A program made the position numbers and the translations under genes. From NCBI GenBank assembly GCA_030390025.1, contig CM059431.1:123072001-123136000 (forward strand): DNA of 64,000 bases. Direction: 5' to 3'. Positions 35,107 through 48,150 of the stretch are shown piece after piece. Positions within the stretch are counted from its first letter, which is position 1; every line of letters begins with the position of its first letter. A model generated the notes under the pieces. That model ran no database searches, was not told where the DNA came from, and saw nothing but the letters and a program-made list of their open reading frames with translations. This DNA comes from Squalus acanthias. Lineage: Eukaryota.

Positions 35107-35281
35107 CAGTGTTCCCTGGAAGCTGCGCTTTGTTCTGCGCGGCCTGTTTCTTTTAATGCGCGGTCCCTTTAAATTTCTGTGCATGCACGGTATTTACAAT
35201 GTAGAAGCCGGTGAGTGGCCTGCGAAGGACCTTTCAGTTTACTGCGCGGCCACGCGCACGTGCACCTTAGCGGGAACATTG
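35107..35281. mobile_element. hAT-type MITE, 175 bp
   Basis: TIR CAGTGTTCCC / GGGAACATTG; perfect 8-bp TSD GTAATAAT. Confidence 0.85.
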
Positions 35282-37155
35282 GTAATAATGCTATTTTACA
35301 AATAATTTCCATATGAAGACCAATTTCCCAAGCTTCCTGTTGCCATCTGCACTTCCACTTCTTAGACATATGTTTGAACTCAGCCCAGACTGATGGGATG
35401 GAAACCTTTCTCTTTGGGGCATAATAAACAGAACTCAAATATTTTTGTGCTATTTCAAATTCAGGTCCACAGTGCAAAACTACCCATAATTTGACATTAA
35501 AATTGCCAGTCTTACTCAGAGAAACCGTAAAGATATCTGGTGTGATAAATAACAAATCCACAGCGTAAGATAGTCTTCTGAGGTTAGGATCAATATACAC
35601 TATAGTGCAGTACAGAGGGAATTTTAGTCTTCTCAAGTTATAGGATGCCAAAGAAAAGAGTGCTTGTTGCTGTCACTGAGTAAATAAATGGGAAATCTCA
35701 ATGTTAACATCCTTCATCTGATGAACACAAAATAGCATCAACGGTATTTTTAAATTATTGGCAGATTTCCCGTGGTATTTCATATTTCCACCAGTAGTAT
35801 TTGGGAAGATATTTGTAAGAGTTCAGCTCAAATATAATTGTTTTTGGATTGTCATGGAAAATAAATAAGCAATATCGCAATATTTACAGGGATGCGGGAA
35901 GGGTGTGGGTGAGGCCGAAGAACCCGGCAAGGCCGGGAACACAGAGATCCTGCCAAACTTCGCAGCAGGATCTCATCAGCATTTTTGTGATCCATTTCCT
36001 GCCTGGCAGCCGGCCAAATTGACAGCGGCAGGAGGTCGCAGCCGGGAACCGATGGGGACGCTCCCACTGTGGCAGCCTGATTTAAATATGTTAACTAAGT
36101 ATCCCGCCTCTGCACGGCAGGACAGTAGGACATCTTGATATCTACCGCCATAAAAAAGGCGGGGGCACAGCGTGATGGGGCCGTGTTCCCTGTATTTAAG
36201 TTTTTAACCTCCCTCCCCCCCGACCCTCTCCTGCCCATCGTAGGGTTAATATCGAGGCCAGTATTTCGCTTACCCACGACAAGTAGGTAACTAAGTACAT
36301 CACAAACCAACTGTTATATGAATAAATAAATCTTTGCATATGGAATGTGGTAACAGTTCTTTACCTTTATGTCAATATTTGTATTGAAGCCCATGAAATA
36401 TATCAAACATAAGACAAGATTAAACTAATTTGTACAAATAAACAACCTACGTTTGTGCTATATCTTGCTTAGAAGTTTTATATCAAAACAAATTCTGGTT
36501 ACATTCAGCATTCAAAATAACGAAGGTCCCGATTTTAACCGAGGACCAGTTTTCGGCGGGGGAGTTTCGGGGTCCATTTTAACTGGGCTGACAGTGCTGG
36601 AGTTTGGCAACATGGGGAAGGGGAACCTTAGATTTGGCAGAATGGGCTTTGGTTCAGTTGGGAAATCTCGGTGACTTGCAGCAATGGGCGGTGGGAAGGT
36701 CACTGGGCCTACTTTCACTGAAGCAAGGCAGACTTGGGGAAAATAAAAGAGACAAATATAAAGATTCCACTCTCTGGCGTAGAAATTGGGTAGTGTCCGA
36801 AGTGGGATCGACCGTGGGCTGACAGTGGTTTATAGTAACAGTCTAGCTGAAGAGCAATTTACGGGCAAGTTCTTATATATTTTTGTGTGGCCAGGAGGAG
36901 CAGTTGTGACAACATTGGGCCCCAATTTAAATATATTCATCAGGCACTCGCCTGTTTCCAGTGTGTGTGTTTTCTGACCTCAGTCAGTTAAAATTGCGAT
37001 CAGGGAGTTTCCGGCAGGAATAGGGTGGTAAGTCGATTCCCCAGATTTTAACCGCTTGCCTGCCCCATTCACTAGGATCCACATGGAATTTTTCAACTTA
37101 GAGAGAGGCTCCACCCATAGCCACCCACACATTAAAATAAACACATCCATTAGAA

Positions 37156-37665
37156 ACAACAAAAACAACAGCAACTTACATTTATATGGCGCCTTTAACA
37201 TAGTGAAATGTCCCAAGCTGCTTAATAGTATCATTATCAAAAACATTTTTGACACCGAGCCACATAAAAAGATATCAGGATAGGTGACCAAAAATTTGGT
37301 CAAAGAGGTAGGTTTTAAGGAGCATTGTAAAGGAAGAGAGAGTGGTAGAGTGGAGGAGAGGTTTAGGGAGGGAATTCCAGGGCCCAGACAGCTGAAGGCA
37401 CGACCGCCAATGTTGGAGCGATTAAAATCGGGGATGCACAAGAGGCCACAATTGAAGGAGCGCAGAGATCTCGAAGAGGCTGGAAGAGGTTACAGAGATA
37501 CTGAGGGGCAAGACCATGGAAGGATTTGAAAACAGGAATGAGAATTTTAAAATTGAGGCATACCCGGATTGGGAGCCAATCTAGGTCAGCGAGCACATGG
37601 GTGATGGGTGAACGGGACATGGTGCGAGTTAGGGTACGAGCAGCAGAGAGTTGGATGATCTCAAG
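37156..37665 (-). mobile_element. L2 LINE 3' fragment
   Basis: SRSPITHVLADLDWLPIRVCLNFKILIPVFKSFHGLAPQYLCNL; tail at 37156. Confidence 0.9.
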
Positions 37666-38149
37666 ATTAGGGAGGGCTTGGTCTGCTTCGGAAATTCTCT
37701 TAAAGCTGGTTTGATGTTGGATCGTGTTTGCCGATTTTGGTGCTGATTTTGATATGTAAGCATTTCTCTTCTGCTTCAGTGTACATTTAATTTTGCATCC
37801 AATGTTTTTACCTTATTGCTGAAGCCTGCTTTTATTGGAAGAAATATTTGCTGGCTGCTATAATAAGTGCAGCTAAACAAGGTGGGTGGATGGGACTCCC
37901 TTTGAAGATTCCAATCCCAGTGTGTGACCTTATACATGCCAACCTGGAAAACCAGCAAACCTGACCAAAGTTTCAAAATAACGGATACAGCCCCCAATAA
38001 CTTACCAACTCAAGACTGGGACTGACTCACAAAAACATGGGCTTTGTAATTTAAGCGGTCGTCATACACAACATTCCTTCAATTTTGTTGGAGAGGATAA
38101 AAAAATGTGCAAAAACATAGGCTGAAAGGGAAATCCAAATGTCGAAGCA

Positions 38150-40930
38150 AAAAATTAGTGGTGCATATCTAGGAGGCGGGGGGGTTGGGGGGGGGGGGGA
38201 CATTCCCCAGAAAAAACATAAGGGCCTAGAAATGACATACCGCTGGAAAATGGGCATGGGCACCACGATGTGAGATATGCCCGTACGCGATCAAAAAGTG
38301 CAGGCAGCCCGTCAACCATGATTGTAGCCCACAGTCTAGAACAGAATGCGCTGCTGATAGGCTGTGCGCTTAGCAGGGGGGCCAAAGTTCGCTTTGCTGG
38401 AGCGAGGCGAGCTTTACATAAAGCTAGCCTGCTGATCCCTAAGGCCGTCTATACCTCCTAAAGGTGAGCTGCCTTCTGCTGATCAAAAATGGTAAAAGTG
38501 CCTCAACATTAACAATATGGCTCAACAAGCCAGGGAAAGGGCACTCAGGGTCTCGGAGGCAGCACTTGAGCTTTGTGCAGGGGGTCAACACTGGAAGAGA
38601 GGTTCTCTAACACTGGAAGAGAGGTCCTCTACCCCCAAGGGGCCAGGAGGCCCTCCAGAAAGAAGGATGTGGGACCAGATCGCTGAGGCCATCACTGCCA
38701 GCAGCGTCGCCTGTAAGATTTCCAAAATTTGCAGATCCCCAAAAATATATCGAAAGAAAAAAATAAGGACTTTGGAACTTTAAAGGAGACATGTCTGGAC
38801 ATGTACGGCGGTGGATTGTCTGGGAATCCAAAGCCCAGCAAACATTAACATTTGGACAATAGGCCCTGGGAAAAGGCCGCCCCACCCAAAACACAGAGCC
38901 CATAGGAATGCTAGGCCCAGCAAGGAACCCAAAGCATGAGAACAATGCAAGCTTCCATGGAACAACAGCGCAACAGGATGTAAGCCATTTGATTTGGTTT
39001 AGCATAGTTGAAAGCCCATCAAAATTTAACAAGACAATGAACAGGCCTCACCTGAAAACTCACTGCATTACGAAACCAGTTTTCGGGAGGAGTTTTGTGG
39101 GGGGTGGGGGGGGGTGGTGGGTGGGGGAGGGCGAAAAAGGACTATATCTGCAGCAGGACCCAAGAGCTCTTTCTCTTTCGACTCGCCGACTACGCTGGTA
39201 CAACTCTCCCTCTCAGCTCTGCCCAGAAGCCACATGGTAAAGGAAGACGTTCGATGACCAGAATCACCATCGACTTACCTGGCTGGATTTCGTACTGTTA
39301 ATACCCCTGTTTGGTGAGCATTATCCCTGATCTCCTGAAACCGAAACCTATCTTAGAAGTGGGATTTTTGGGTGGGATAAAGGCTTTTCTTTCTTGTATA
39401 CTGTCATTTTTCCCTCGCCTGTAACCGTGTGTTCCCCAAACCTGTTTAAGTGTCAAGTGTGTTTAAGTTTGTTACCTTTTAATTTTAATAAAAGCTATAG
39501 TTCTTTTCATCGGAACCTGTTGTCTATTGCATCTTTATTCACAACCCCTAAATAAGTCCAAGTTTTGAACCTGGGGCATGGGAGTGATTCGAACCGCTCA
39601 CTGAGTCATGGGAAAGGCTGACTCCTACCACAACCACCCCCCTACACGCCCCCCCAGGACCTGGCTCCAGTGCCCAAAGAAGTTTCATGACCTCAGAGGA
39701 GAGGTCAAGGCCAGTGAATGCATCTTCAAAAGCCATCTCCTACCAACTGCACCACTAGCCTCACACACTGTTCAGTGCACAACCTCCCCATCACTCATCT
39801 ACCAACAATCTCTATCAAACATGAGGCACACTTCACCTCACTCCTTTGGAGGGACGGTGCTGACCATTCTTGGTAGGGGCATGGCTGAGCCCTTGGCCAG
39901 CAGCGGTGCTGAAGGAATACAAGATGCTGGTATCCTCATACGTTATCCTCCTTTTCTCACATCCCACTTCCCCCTCATCCTACAAGCTCTTCTGATTTAC
40001 AAGATGCACATAGTGTAAGCATGCAACTCTTGCTTTCTCCCTCTCCCCTCATCACAACCCTGCCCTTGAGCCTTCCTCATTTCACACACCCAAGAAATCC
40101 AGCCTGCCAGCCAGTGATTGACCAAGAAGAGGGAGAGGAGAGTGAAGAAGAAGAAACACCGTCACTTGATTTCACACTCCCAGCCACCAGCTCCTCAAGG
40201 TCGACCAGCAAGGCCATTTGCAGTGTCCCCCACTGAAAGTCAGCAGCCTTCCACCAGCCATGCTGCAGCCACTGGGGTAGCACTGCGTGACATCAGTAGG
40301 AAAGGCAAAGGCACACGCAGGACAGTTACTAAGGGAATGCATAAGGGCGATTAGTTGATTTTTTGAAGTAATATTGGATGGATAGATGTATAAAGTTGGA
40401 TTGGAAAGTTTGCTTTGTGGTGGCTTTTATTTCAGCATCATGGCCAAGAGGACGCTGTGATGGTCAGTAACAGAGGGAAGGTAAGGTGTGGGGCTAATGT
40501 TGAAAAGGGAATTGGGGTTGTGTTCACTGGTACCACAAGCGGATGATTCGATCCTGGATATACGGACTAGAAAGGGACTGCCTGGGTTGCCTCCTTTCTT
40601 CCATTTCCTCCTCTTCTGCTTTTTCCTCTTCCTCCTCCTCCTCCCTCTGCGCACAGCTTATCTCCTTGCCGCCTCTGCTCCGTCTCCATGTGATGATGCA
40701 GCACAAGGGGGACTTCAACTAGAGCCAAAGATCCTCCTAAGCTGTGGGGCCGCGCGACTTAACAATGATCGGGAGGTCCCTTGAAGGCTGCTCACCAGCT
40801 GTTGATGCTGGAGAAGATACCGTGCGTGCGCGGCCACTGTGGAACTGCGTATGAAAAAAAAATAGAGGGAACACTGACTAGAGCCCCCAGAACTGGGAGC
40901 AAGTGGTGTTCTCAGAGGCAATTCTTCCTT
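38150..40930. mobile_element. Decayed Harbinger derivative: Myb exons on plus, transposase C-terminus on minus; ends approximate
   Basis: MAQQARERALRVSEAALEL...MWDQIAEAITASSVA|LTR|PRTWLQCPKKFHDL; minus acidic tail ending IQDRIIRLWYQ* at 40524. Confidence 0.7.
38712..39646 (+). mobile_element. Solo LTR, 935 bp, inside a Myb exon
   Basis: TGTAAG...CCTACA; TSD CGCC/CGCC; AATAAA near 39487. Confidence 0.85.
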
Positions 40931-41028
40931 ATTCAGTCTTGGCACAGTACACAATGGTTAATTGTGATGCTAAACATGTTCAGCATTTATTTAACTATGT
41001 AAGCCACCAGATCAATTACTGGGAAAAT

Positions 41029-42737
41029 TGGAGCTTTCACGAATGAGATTGATAGATTTTTATTAGGTCAAGGTATCAAGGGATATGGAACTAAGGCGGA
41101 TAAATGGAGTTAAAGAACAGATCAGCCATGATCCAATTGAATGGTGGAGCAGGCTCGAGGGGCTGAATGGCCTACTGATGTTTCTTTGATGAAATAACAG
41201 AGAGGGTCGATGAAGGTAGTGCAGTAGATGTTGTATAAATGGACTTTCAAAAGGCATTTGATAAAATACCTCATAACAGACATATTCGGAAAATAGAAAC
41301 ACATAGGGCTGGATTTTATCAATGGAGGCGAGCAGGAGGTGGGACTCCCACTTTTGGGGTTGTAGTCCCGCCTCCATCGAGTTGTGGCCAACTCACTCGA
41401 TTTTCCCTTGATTGACCTTGTTGAGCCTGTTAACAGGCAGTTAATTGTCACTAATTCCCTTCCCGCCTCGGGGAAGCGGGTCCCAGCACAGGTCGGGTAC
41501 CCGCCTCCTGTGAAACTGGCATGGAGGCGGGTTGGGGGCGGGATGGGTTCGGGACCCCCGAATCTGCTATTTTCCCACCCCACACGCCTCCAAACCCGCC
41601 TCCACGGGTCAATGAAAATTCTGCCCATAGTATTAAAATGACGGTCGTAACTTGGGTACGAAATTGTCTAAGGGATAGGCAGCAGATAGTGGTGAATGAA
41701 TGTTCTTCTGACTGCAGTGGGGTCCCCCAGGTGTCGGTATTAGGACCATTGCTTTTCTTGTTCTAAATAAATGACCTAGACTTGGGTAAAGGGAATGCAA
41801 TTTCGAAGTTTGCGGATGATACAAAACTTGGCAATGTAATTAATAGTGAGCTTGATAATAACAGACTTCAGAAAGACATGGACAGACTGATGAAATGGGA
41901 ACACATATGGCAGATGCAATTTAATGCGGATAAGTATGAAATGATACACTTTGGGAGGAGCAACATGGAGAGGCAGTATAATCTATGCCATTATTTTGAG
42001 GGGGGTGCAAGAATAAAGGGACCTGGGGGGGGAGGGGGGTGCATATTCACAAACCTTTGAAGGTGACAGGGAAAGTTGATTAGGGGGTTAAGAAAGCGTA
42101 TGAGATACTTTGGTTTGTAAATAGGGGCATTGAATACAAAAACAAGGAAGTCATGCTAAACCTTTACAAATCTCTGATTAGGCCTCAGTTGGAGTAAAGT
42201 GTACAATTCTCGGCACCACATTTTAGGAAGGATGTCAAGTCCCTGGAGAGAGTACAGAGGAAGTTTACCAGGATGATACCAGGGATGAGGGAGTTCAGTT
42301 ATGTGAATAGATTGGAGAAGCTGGGATTGTTCTCTTTAGAGCAGAGAAGGTTAAGGGGAGATCGAATAGAGGTATTCAAAATTATGAGGGGTTTTGATAG
42401 AGCAAGTAGGGAGAAACTATTTCCTCTGGCAAGTGGGGCTGTAACCAAAAGGTCATAGATTTAAAATAATTGGCAAAAGAACTAGAGGTGAAATGAGGAG
42501 AAATTCCTTCACACAGAGGGTTGTTAAAATCTGGAATGCACTACCTGAAAGGATAGTGGAATCAGATTCCACAGGAACTTTCAAAAGGCAATTGGACATG
42601 TACTTGAAGAGGATTAATTTGCAGGGTTATGGGGAGAAAGTTGGGGTGTGGGATAAATTGGATAGCTCTTTGAAAGAGCCGGCACAGGTATGATAGGCCA
42701 AATGGTCTCCTTCTGTGCTGTAAGATTCTGATTCTAT
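41029..42737 (+). mobile_element. CR1 LINEs: a 3' end (41029-41180) followed by an RT-to-3'UTR copy (41183-42737)
   Basis: FDEITERVDEGSAVDVV..DFQKAFDK; SGVPQVSVLGPLLF; ISKFADDTKLG; RLEKLGLFSLEQRRLRGD; FTQRVVKIWNALP; ATTCTATG-type tail. Confidence 0.92.
41306..41626. mobile_element. Short Harbinger MITE nested in CR1 (deletion derivative of 42738-43581)
   Basis: TIR GGGCTGGATTTT / AAAATTCTGCCC; TSD ATA/ATA. Confidence 0.9.
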
Positions 42738-43581
42738 GGGCTTGATTTTGTCAATGGGGACATGATGGAGGCGGGACTCCCACTTTTTGGGTTGTAGTCC
42801 CGCCTCCATCGATTTGTGGCCAACCCACGCTACTTTCCTTTGATTGACCTTGTTAAGCCCGCCCAGCGGGCTCAGCAGGCCAATTAAGGGACACCTCGAT
42901 ACTGGTGACGTCAACGATTGACATTTCATCTGTCAAGAGCTTTTGACAGATGAAATATCAGCGTTTGACAGCTCTGTGAAGCTGTCAAACACTGACAATC
43001 TGTCTTCTAACTTGAGTCCTTCTACTCAGAATCAGTTAGAGAGCTCTCCAGACCAGAAAGCAGAGGCTGCAGCTTTTGACAGTTCAGCGGCCATTCTGCT
43101 TTCTGTGCCGGTGAGCTGAGGGACTCCCGAGAACTGAAGGGAGGAAGCCTGGAGGAGAAAGTAAAGGTAAGTAAAACTTATTAAAACACTTTACACACAC
43201 CAAACACACTTACCTCTGCACTCATGCACACATCACTCACCTGTACACCGGACATCTTGACCCCTTCAAGCCCTGCAGACCGACGGTCCGCCTCGCTAAC
43301 TTGGCGTGGTTTAGAGCCGTCGGGCAGCCCACACTTCAGGGCTAAAAATAAGGATTAGCCAAAAAACTGCCTGTTAACTACCTGTTAACAGGCAGTTAAT
43401 TAGCACTAATCCCCTTCCTGCCTCGGGGAGGCGGCTCCCAGCACAAGTCGGGTACCCGCCTCCTGGGACATTGGCATGGAGGCGGGTTGGGGGCGGGATG
43501 GGTACGTGCCCCCCGAATCTGCAATTTTCCCAACACTCCCGCCTCCAAACCCGCCTCTATGGGGCTTGGAAAATCGAGCCC
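42738..43581. mobile_element. Harbinger MITE (CCCGCCTCC family) in the CR1 tail
   Basis: TIR GGGCTTGATTTT / AAAATCGAGCCC; TSD TAT/TAT. Confidence 0.92.
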
Positions 43582-44206
43582 TATGTTCCTAGAATCCCAA
43601 ATTTGATGGGTTCAATTATTAGATTTCCGCTAATCAGTTTATAACAGGCAGAATTCAGGCCAATTTGGATTTCAAATTTGATTCTGAACTCTTCCCTAGA
43701 ACTGAGATTTTTGAAGATGATCATTGTGGTTTGGCTCTACTGAATATTAGTTCTTTTTAGAAAATAGCCTCACGGCTGTCAATACCCAGCAGATTTTACA
43801 GGTATTTTCTAATGAGTAAATCCATCTCAGTGACATGGCAGTAAACATATTCAAAGTTATGCAGGAAGGAGCTTATGATAATCCAACGGCTTTGCACATG
43901 TGTTGAATCTGATCACGTGTAATACTCTTGACAATTGCAAATCAGTAGCTATCTCTTATGCCGCTGTTTGCGGCATTTGCAGGAAGTTCCATCACTTTAT
44001 AAAAAGTATGGAGTTGCTCAAATGCTTCCATAATTAGACCATGGATTGAAAACATGATCTGGAATGAAACAGAAGCCCAGAAATTAGATTTGCTGATATT
44101 ATCGGAGAAACGTGAAAGCATTTGTATGACATTCCTCTCTGTTATTTTAATGCAGGTGTTACTTCATTTGAAATGCATCAACAGCTCTATTAGAATATGT
44201 GACAGA

Positions 44207-44702
44207 GGGGGTCATTTTAACCTAACCCGTCCAGCAGGAAACTGATGGGATGGGATTGGCCACCCATTTTAAACCCCACCCAATTTTACTCTCCATGGAT
44301 TTCACTCCTGCTCCTCCTGACTCCACATTCAAGTAAGTAAACATTTTCTTCTCTTTCCTTTGGCAGCCTCCTGTGATCCCTTTAATATCCGCTGGTTTGG
44401 CTGCTTTAGGCCCAGGAAAGCTGACCGCAGCACGCACGGCACCCGCTGAGGCCAGCTGTGACGGAATATGAGAAAGGGGCCTGAAACGGATATTAGGCCC
44501 TAGATTTTCGTAGGAAATGGGCCTCACAGTGCGGACCAATAGGCCTAATGTTAATTTCAGGTATGTGCCCAGGACAACTCTAAATATTTGGTCAGCGGTG
44601 CTGTCCTGGTGTGGAATGAGCGTGCGCCTGCCGTATGCCATATTGGTCCCTTCAGCCCCCCCATTTTTCACCTGTAAAATGGCATGATCCAATTTCTTGG
44701 CC
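44207..44702. mobile_element. Decayed or composite Harbinger MITE
   Basis: Ends GGGGGTCATTTTAACC / CCAATTTCTTGGCC; right part is inverted-similar to 1111-1270. Confidence 0.5.
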
Positions 44703-45048
44703 AGCGAATGTAAATCGGGTGTCTATCTGACAATCTCCTTAGGGAAGTTTAACTCCTCTTTGCTCTGGTGTCTGATCGGTTGCATTCACTCTATACATGC
44801 AGCATCACTATTAAGTGGTTTAATTTCACATTGACACTTAGTTATTGTGTGAATGCATTCTTGAATGCTAATAGGGGAGGGTCCATTCAAGAGTTAATAT
44901 ATTAGTTGCATTCCCATTAGAGTGCTATCAGAAATTTTTGATTACTGAGAGTGATGCTATCTTTCCTCATTAGTCTAGACTCAATCTATACCACACTGAT
45001 GAGCTTGTATTCGACATACTCCTGCTCAGTTATGACACTGAACTTAAT

Positions 45049-45789
45049 GGGCCAAAAATTGATCCCGCTGCGCGAGAGTACGCACTGCGTACTCTCGCGT
45101 ATTCTCTCTCCAATTGCCGGTTTTCTGCATGCCCTGCGCATGCGCTGAAAACCGGCACTTGGTCTTTTGAAAAGGGGGCGGTTCCTCGGTGCATCACGTG
45201 CGCGCTACAGGCTGCACGCACGCTGTGCACTCAGTGCTTTGGATGCGCAGGTAAGTACGGAAGATTTTAGAAATGGAAAAAGGAGGAGTAAGACCCACTT
45301 TTAACAAGGTAAGTAGTGAATTAAGTATTTTTTTGAATTTTTTTTAACAGGTATATCTTTTTTAGAGACTTTAAAGACAGGTAAGTTTATTTTTATAACT
45401 TTTTAAAAGATTTTAAATTTTTTCAAAAATTTAATTTTTTATTTAAAATGGTTAATTTATTTAACTATACTTATTTTATTAATGTGATGGTTTTTTTTAA
45501 ATTTAATTGAGGTTTAGCTGTTATTTTGGGGGGTGTAACATTCATAGATTTCACAGCACGTATGTGATACTTATGAATGGAAGATGGTGTGCTGCCATTG
45601 GCTCTAACTGAGTCACGTGATCCCACAGCTCGCACGAATTCACTACGCCGCTGGGATACGCAAGCACTGCCCGGCTGATGTCTGGAACATCAAGTTCGTG
45701 CGAGCTGGATCTGAAAAAGCACAAGCGGAGTGAGAGATCGCGGGGAAGCCTTACCCCCGCGGGAACAGAGCGAGATCAATTTCTGGGCC
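45049..45789. mobile_element. Harbinger MITE with AT-rich core
   Basis: TIR GGGCCAAAAATTGATC / GATCAATTTCTGGGCC; TSD AAT/AAT. Confidence 0.92.
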
Positions 45790-46160
45790 AATGTTATTGC
45801 TGAAGTCCTAACTTGCTGACTTGTCATGATCACTACAGTCCCCAACACTTACCCACACTTATGGTGACAGCAACCATCTATACAGGACAATTAAAGAGAA
45901 CCATTTTCTATCACCATTAAAATCTATTAGAAAGGCGCCTCTTGCAACGTATGACGTGCGCCGGCTATTTCGGGCAATTCGGTAAGCCCTCACACCTCGA
46001 TAAAGTGTGATTACCTAAATTACTTAACCTTCTGTAGCTACCGTTTAATGACGCTGATCGTTAAAGTTATAGGTTAAAAGGCATAAAGTAACCGTGAATA
46101 CAGGTTTCCTTGTCATTTAAAATGTACTCATTTTGTCCAAATTCATGGCAGAAGAGCTGG

Positions 46161-46318
46161 AAGCCACTGGTGCTGCAAGGCAAATGATCAAAGCCGTCAG
46201 TGCCGCAGGGCAAACAGTCAAAGATGCCTGTGCGACAGGGTGAGCAGTCAAAGCCACCAGTGCCACAGGGCGAACAGTCGAAGCTGTTAGTGCCACAGGA
46301 TGAACAGTGGAAGCTGCC
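46161..46318 (+). repeat. 30-bp minisatellite, about 5.3 units
   Basis: Consensus AAGCCGYCAGTGCCACAGGGCGAACAGTCR at 46161, 46191, 46221, 46251, 46281 and 46311. Confidence 0.85.
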
Positions 46319-47834
46319 TATTAACTGTCAGCTGGTCAATTTTAAAGTTCCTTAACGACTGCCCTGTATTCCAGCGGAGAACGTGTGATTTAAAACTTTA
46401 TAGACATGTTGCATTCCAACTTACTGGACATAAAATCAGATTGCTGGATTCCAAATTATGAATGGAGGACATATCGTGGCTAGCCTGGCCATAATATAAA
46501 CATCAGTATAACTAAGGCTGTTACTCATATGAATAATTGTTGCCTGCATCATGGTGAGGAACACATGAGGCTATGATGATTTTACCATCCAATGCTTATA
46601 GCGGGTGAATCGTGTTAACACTAATGTGTCTGCTATGATCAGTGTGACTGTACTACCTTATCTTACAGGAATAACAGACTGACTGGTTTCAACGGTAATA
46701 ACTTCAGCTTCTCTGTAGCAGTTAGATCAGGTAACCTAGTAACAGTATTCGGGATAGCATCAGTTTATACTTGTGGAACTTCTCATGGCAAATGAGGCCT
46801 TGCTGTGAATTTTTTCATGGCAAATGAAAAAGGACAGAAGGTAGGGAGGGGAAAAGAAATGAGATAAGCACCAGTGGGAGAGGATGACAATTATATAAAA
46901 GATATCGGACACAGAAGGTAGATTCTAAAAATTGAGAGTAAATGTGTCATATTTAAAAAGGTAGGTCATGTCAATTTTAAGTAAACTGTTAATACAAATG
47001 TACTTTTCCATTTATTCCTATGAAATAGTCAATTTGATTGCAAATGTATTTGAATCAGTATCTTTTCCTTCTGTTACGGGGTATGACCTGATAAATAGGG
47101 AAAGCCTTCTATTGGCTACGAACCAAATAAACTTTACTTTGTAGTACCCATCTCAGATAAGCATTCTCGTGCGTGCCTCAGTCAGTTATTCAGCGAAAAA
47201 TCCAAGTGGAATATTTTTAAATATTTAAAGTTTATCTGTTTATGCGTTTCCTTGTAAAACGGGTGCCCTGCTGTGAATGTGACAATTATGTTTATCGTTT
47301 TACCCCATGCGGACCTTTTATACTGTCACGACTGGAATCCCAGTCAACATTGTGATTCTTTAATGCTTAATACAAATAATTGGAAATAGCTGTAAATACC
47401 AGGAAACCCAAAGAGAAGAACCTATATTAGACATTCTAGAGCTCTCACTGAACCTGTTGTACCTGTTCATGTAAGATTGTAGAGGATCAATATATCTCCA
47501 GAACAAAAGATTTAATTCAGAAGGACCATATAACTAAGTTAAACAACAATGGTTCATTTCAAATAGATCTGAAGTCCAAGTGCATCATATTGTACCATGT
47601 GAAAGTGATAAATCAGTTTTGCTTCTCACATAAATGTACATTATTGTGGCCTTGCTCATAGTTATTCAGGGCAAAGAGTTGGTCTTTTATCTGTGTGTGT
47701 TGTAACAGCCTAACATAAGTAACAGTGCCACTCTGGAACAGGTAGGAAGAACAGGCATTCTTGCAATCCTGCTTTTGGGAGGTTTGAGCTCCACTTCTGG
47801 AGAAAATAGAACAGCAGGAATTATAGTTACAATA

Positions 47835-48150
47835 TTAACTATTGAATTCAATGGGCTGGAGACAGGACACTGCCACCAATTCAATGATTTTAATATAATT
47901 AGCAGACCTTTTGTGGCATTGCTCACAGTGAATCAGACAATCAGCCATGTTGTAACAATAGGGGTGTTATGCCATGTAGCCAATATCATCAGTGCCACTG
48001 ATTTACCGTCACCGAATAAGCAACATTTCTTTTTCATTAAATGGTATTCTGAGATTTTTACTCATGCTTTAGGGATCAAATTCCATATAACATTGTCCAT
48101 CATTTAGTGAAATCCATAAATGATTGTCCTTTATTTTGTATATATTTTCC
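47835..48150 (-). pseudogene. Possible decayed Ginger/Gypsy-type integrase zinc-binding region
   Basis: One frame with stops: SLNDGQCY...LRIPFNEKEMLLIR...NMADCLIHCEQCHK...LQPIEFNS; HGIT in an adjacent frame. Confidence 0.3.

Noticed and set aside
39273..39283. U1 snRNA (ACTTACCTGGC)
   Set aside because: Only 11 nt match; it is an antisense splice-donor-like word inside an LTR.
46161..46318. CRISPR array
   Set aside because: Contiguous degenerate units without spacers, no cas genes, eukaryotic context.
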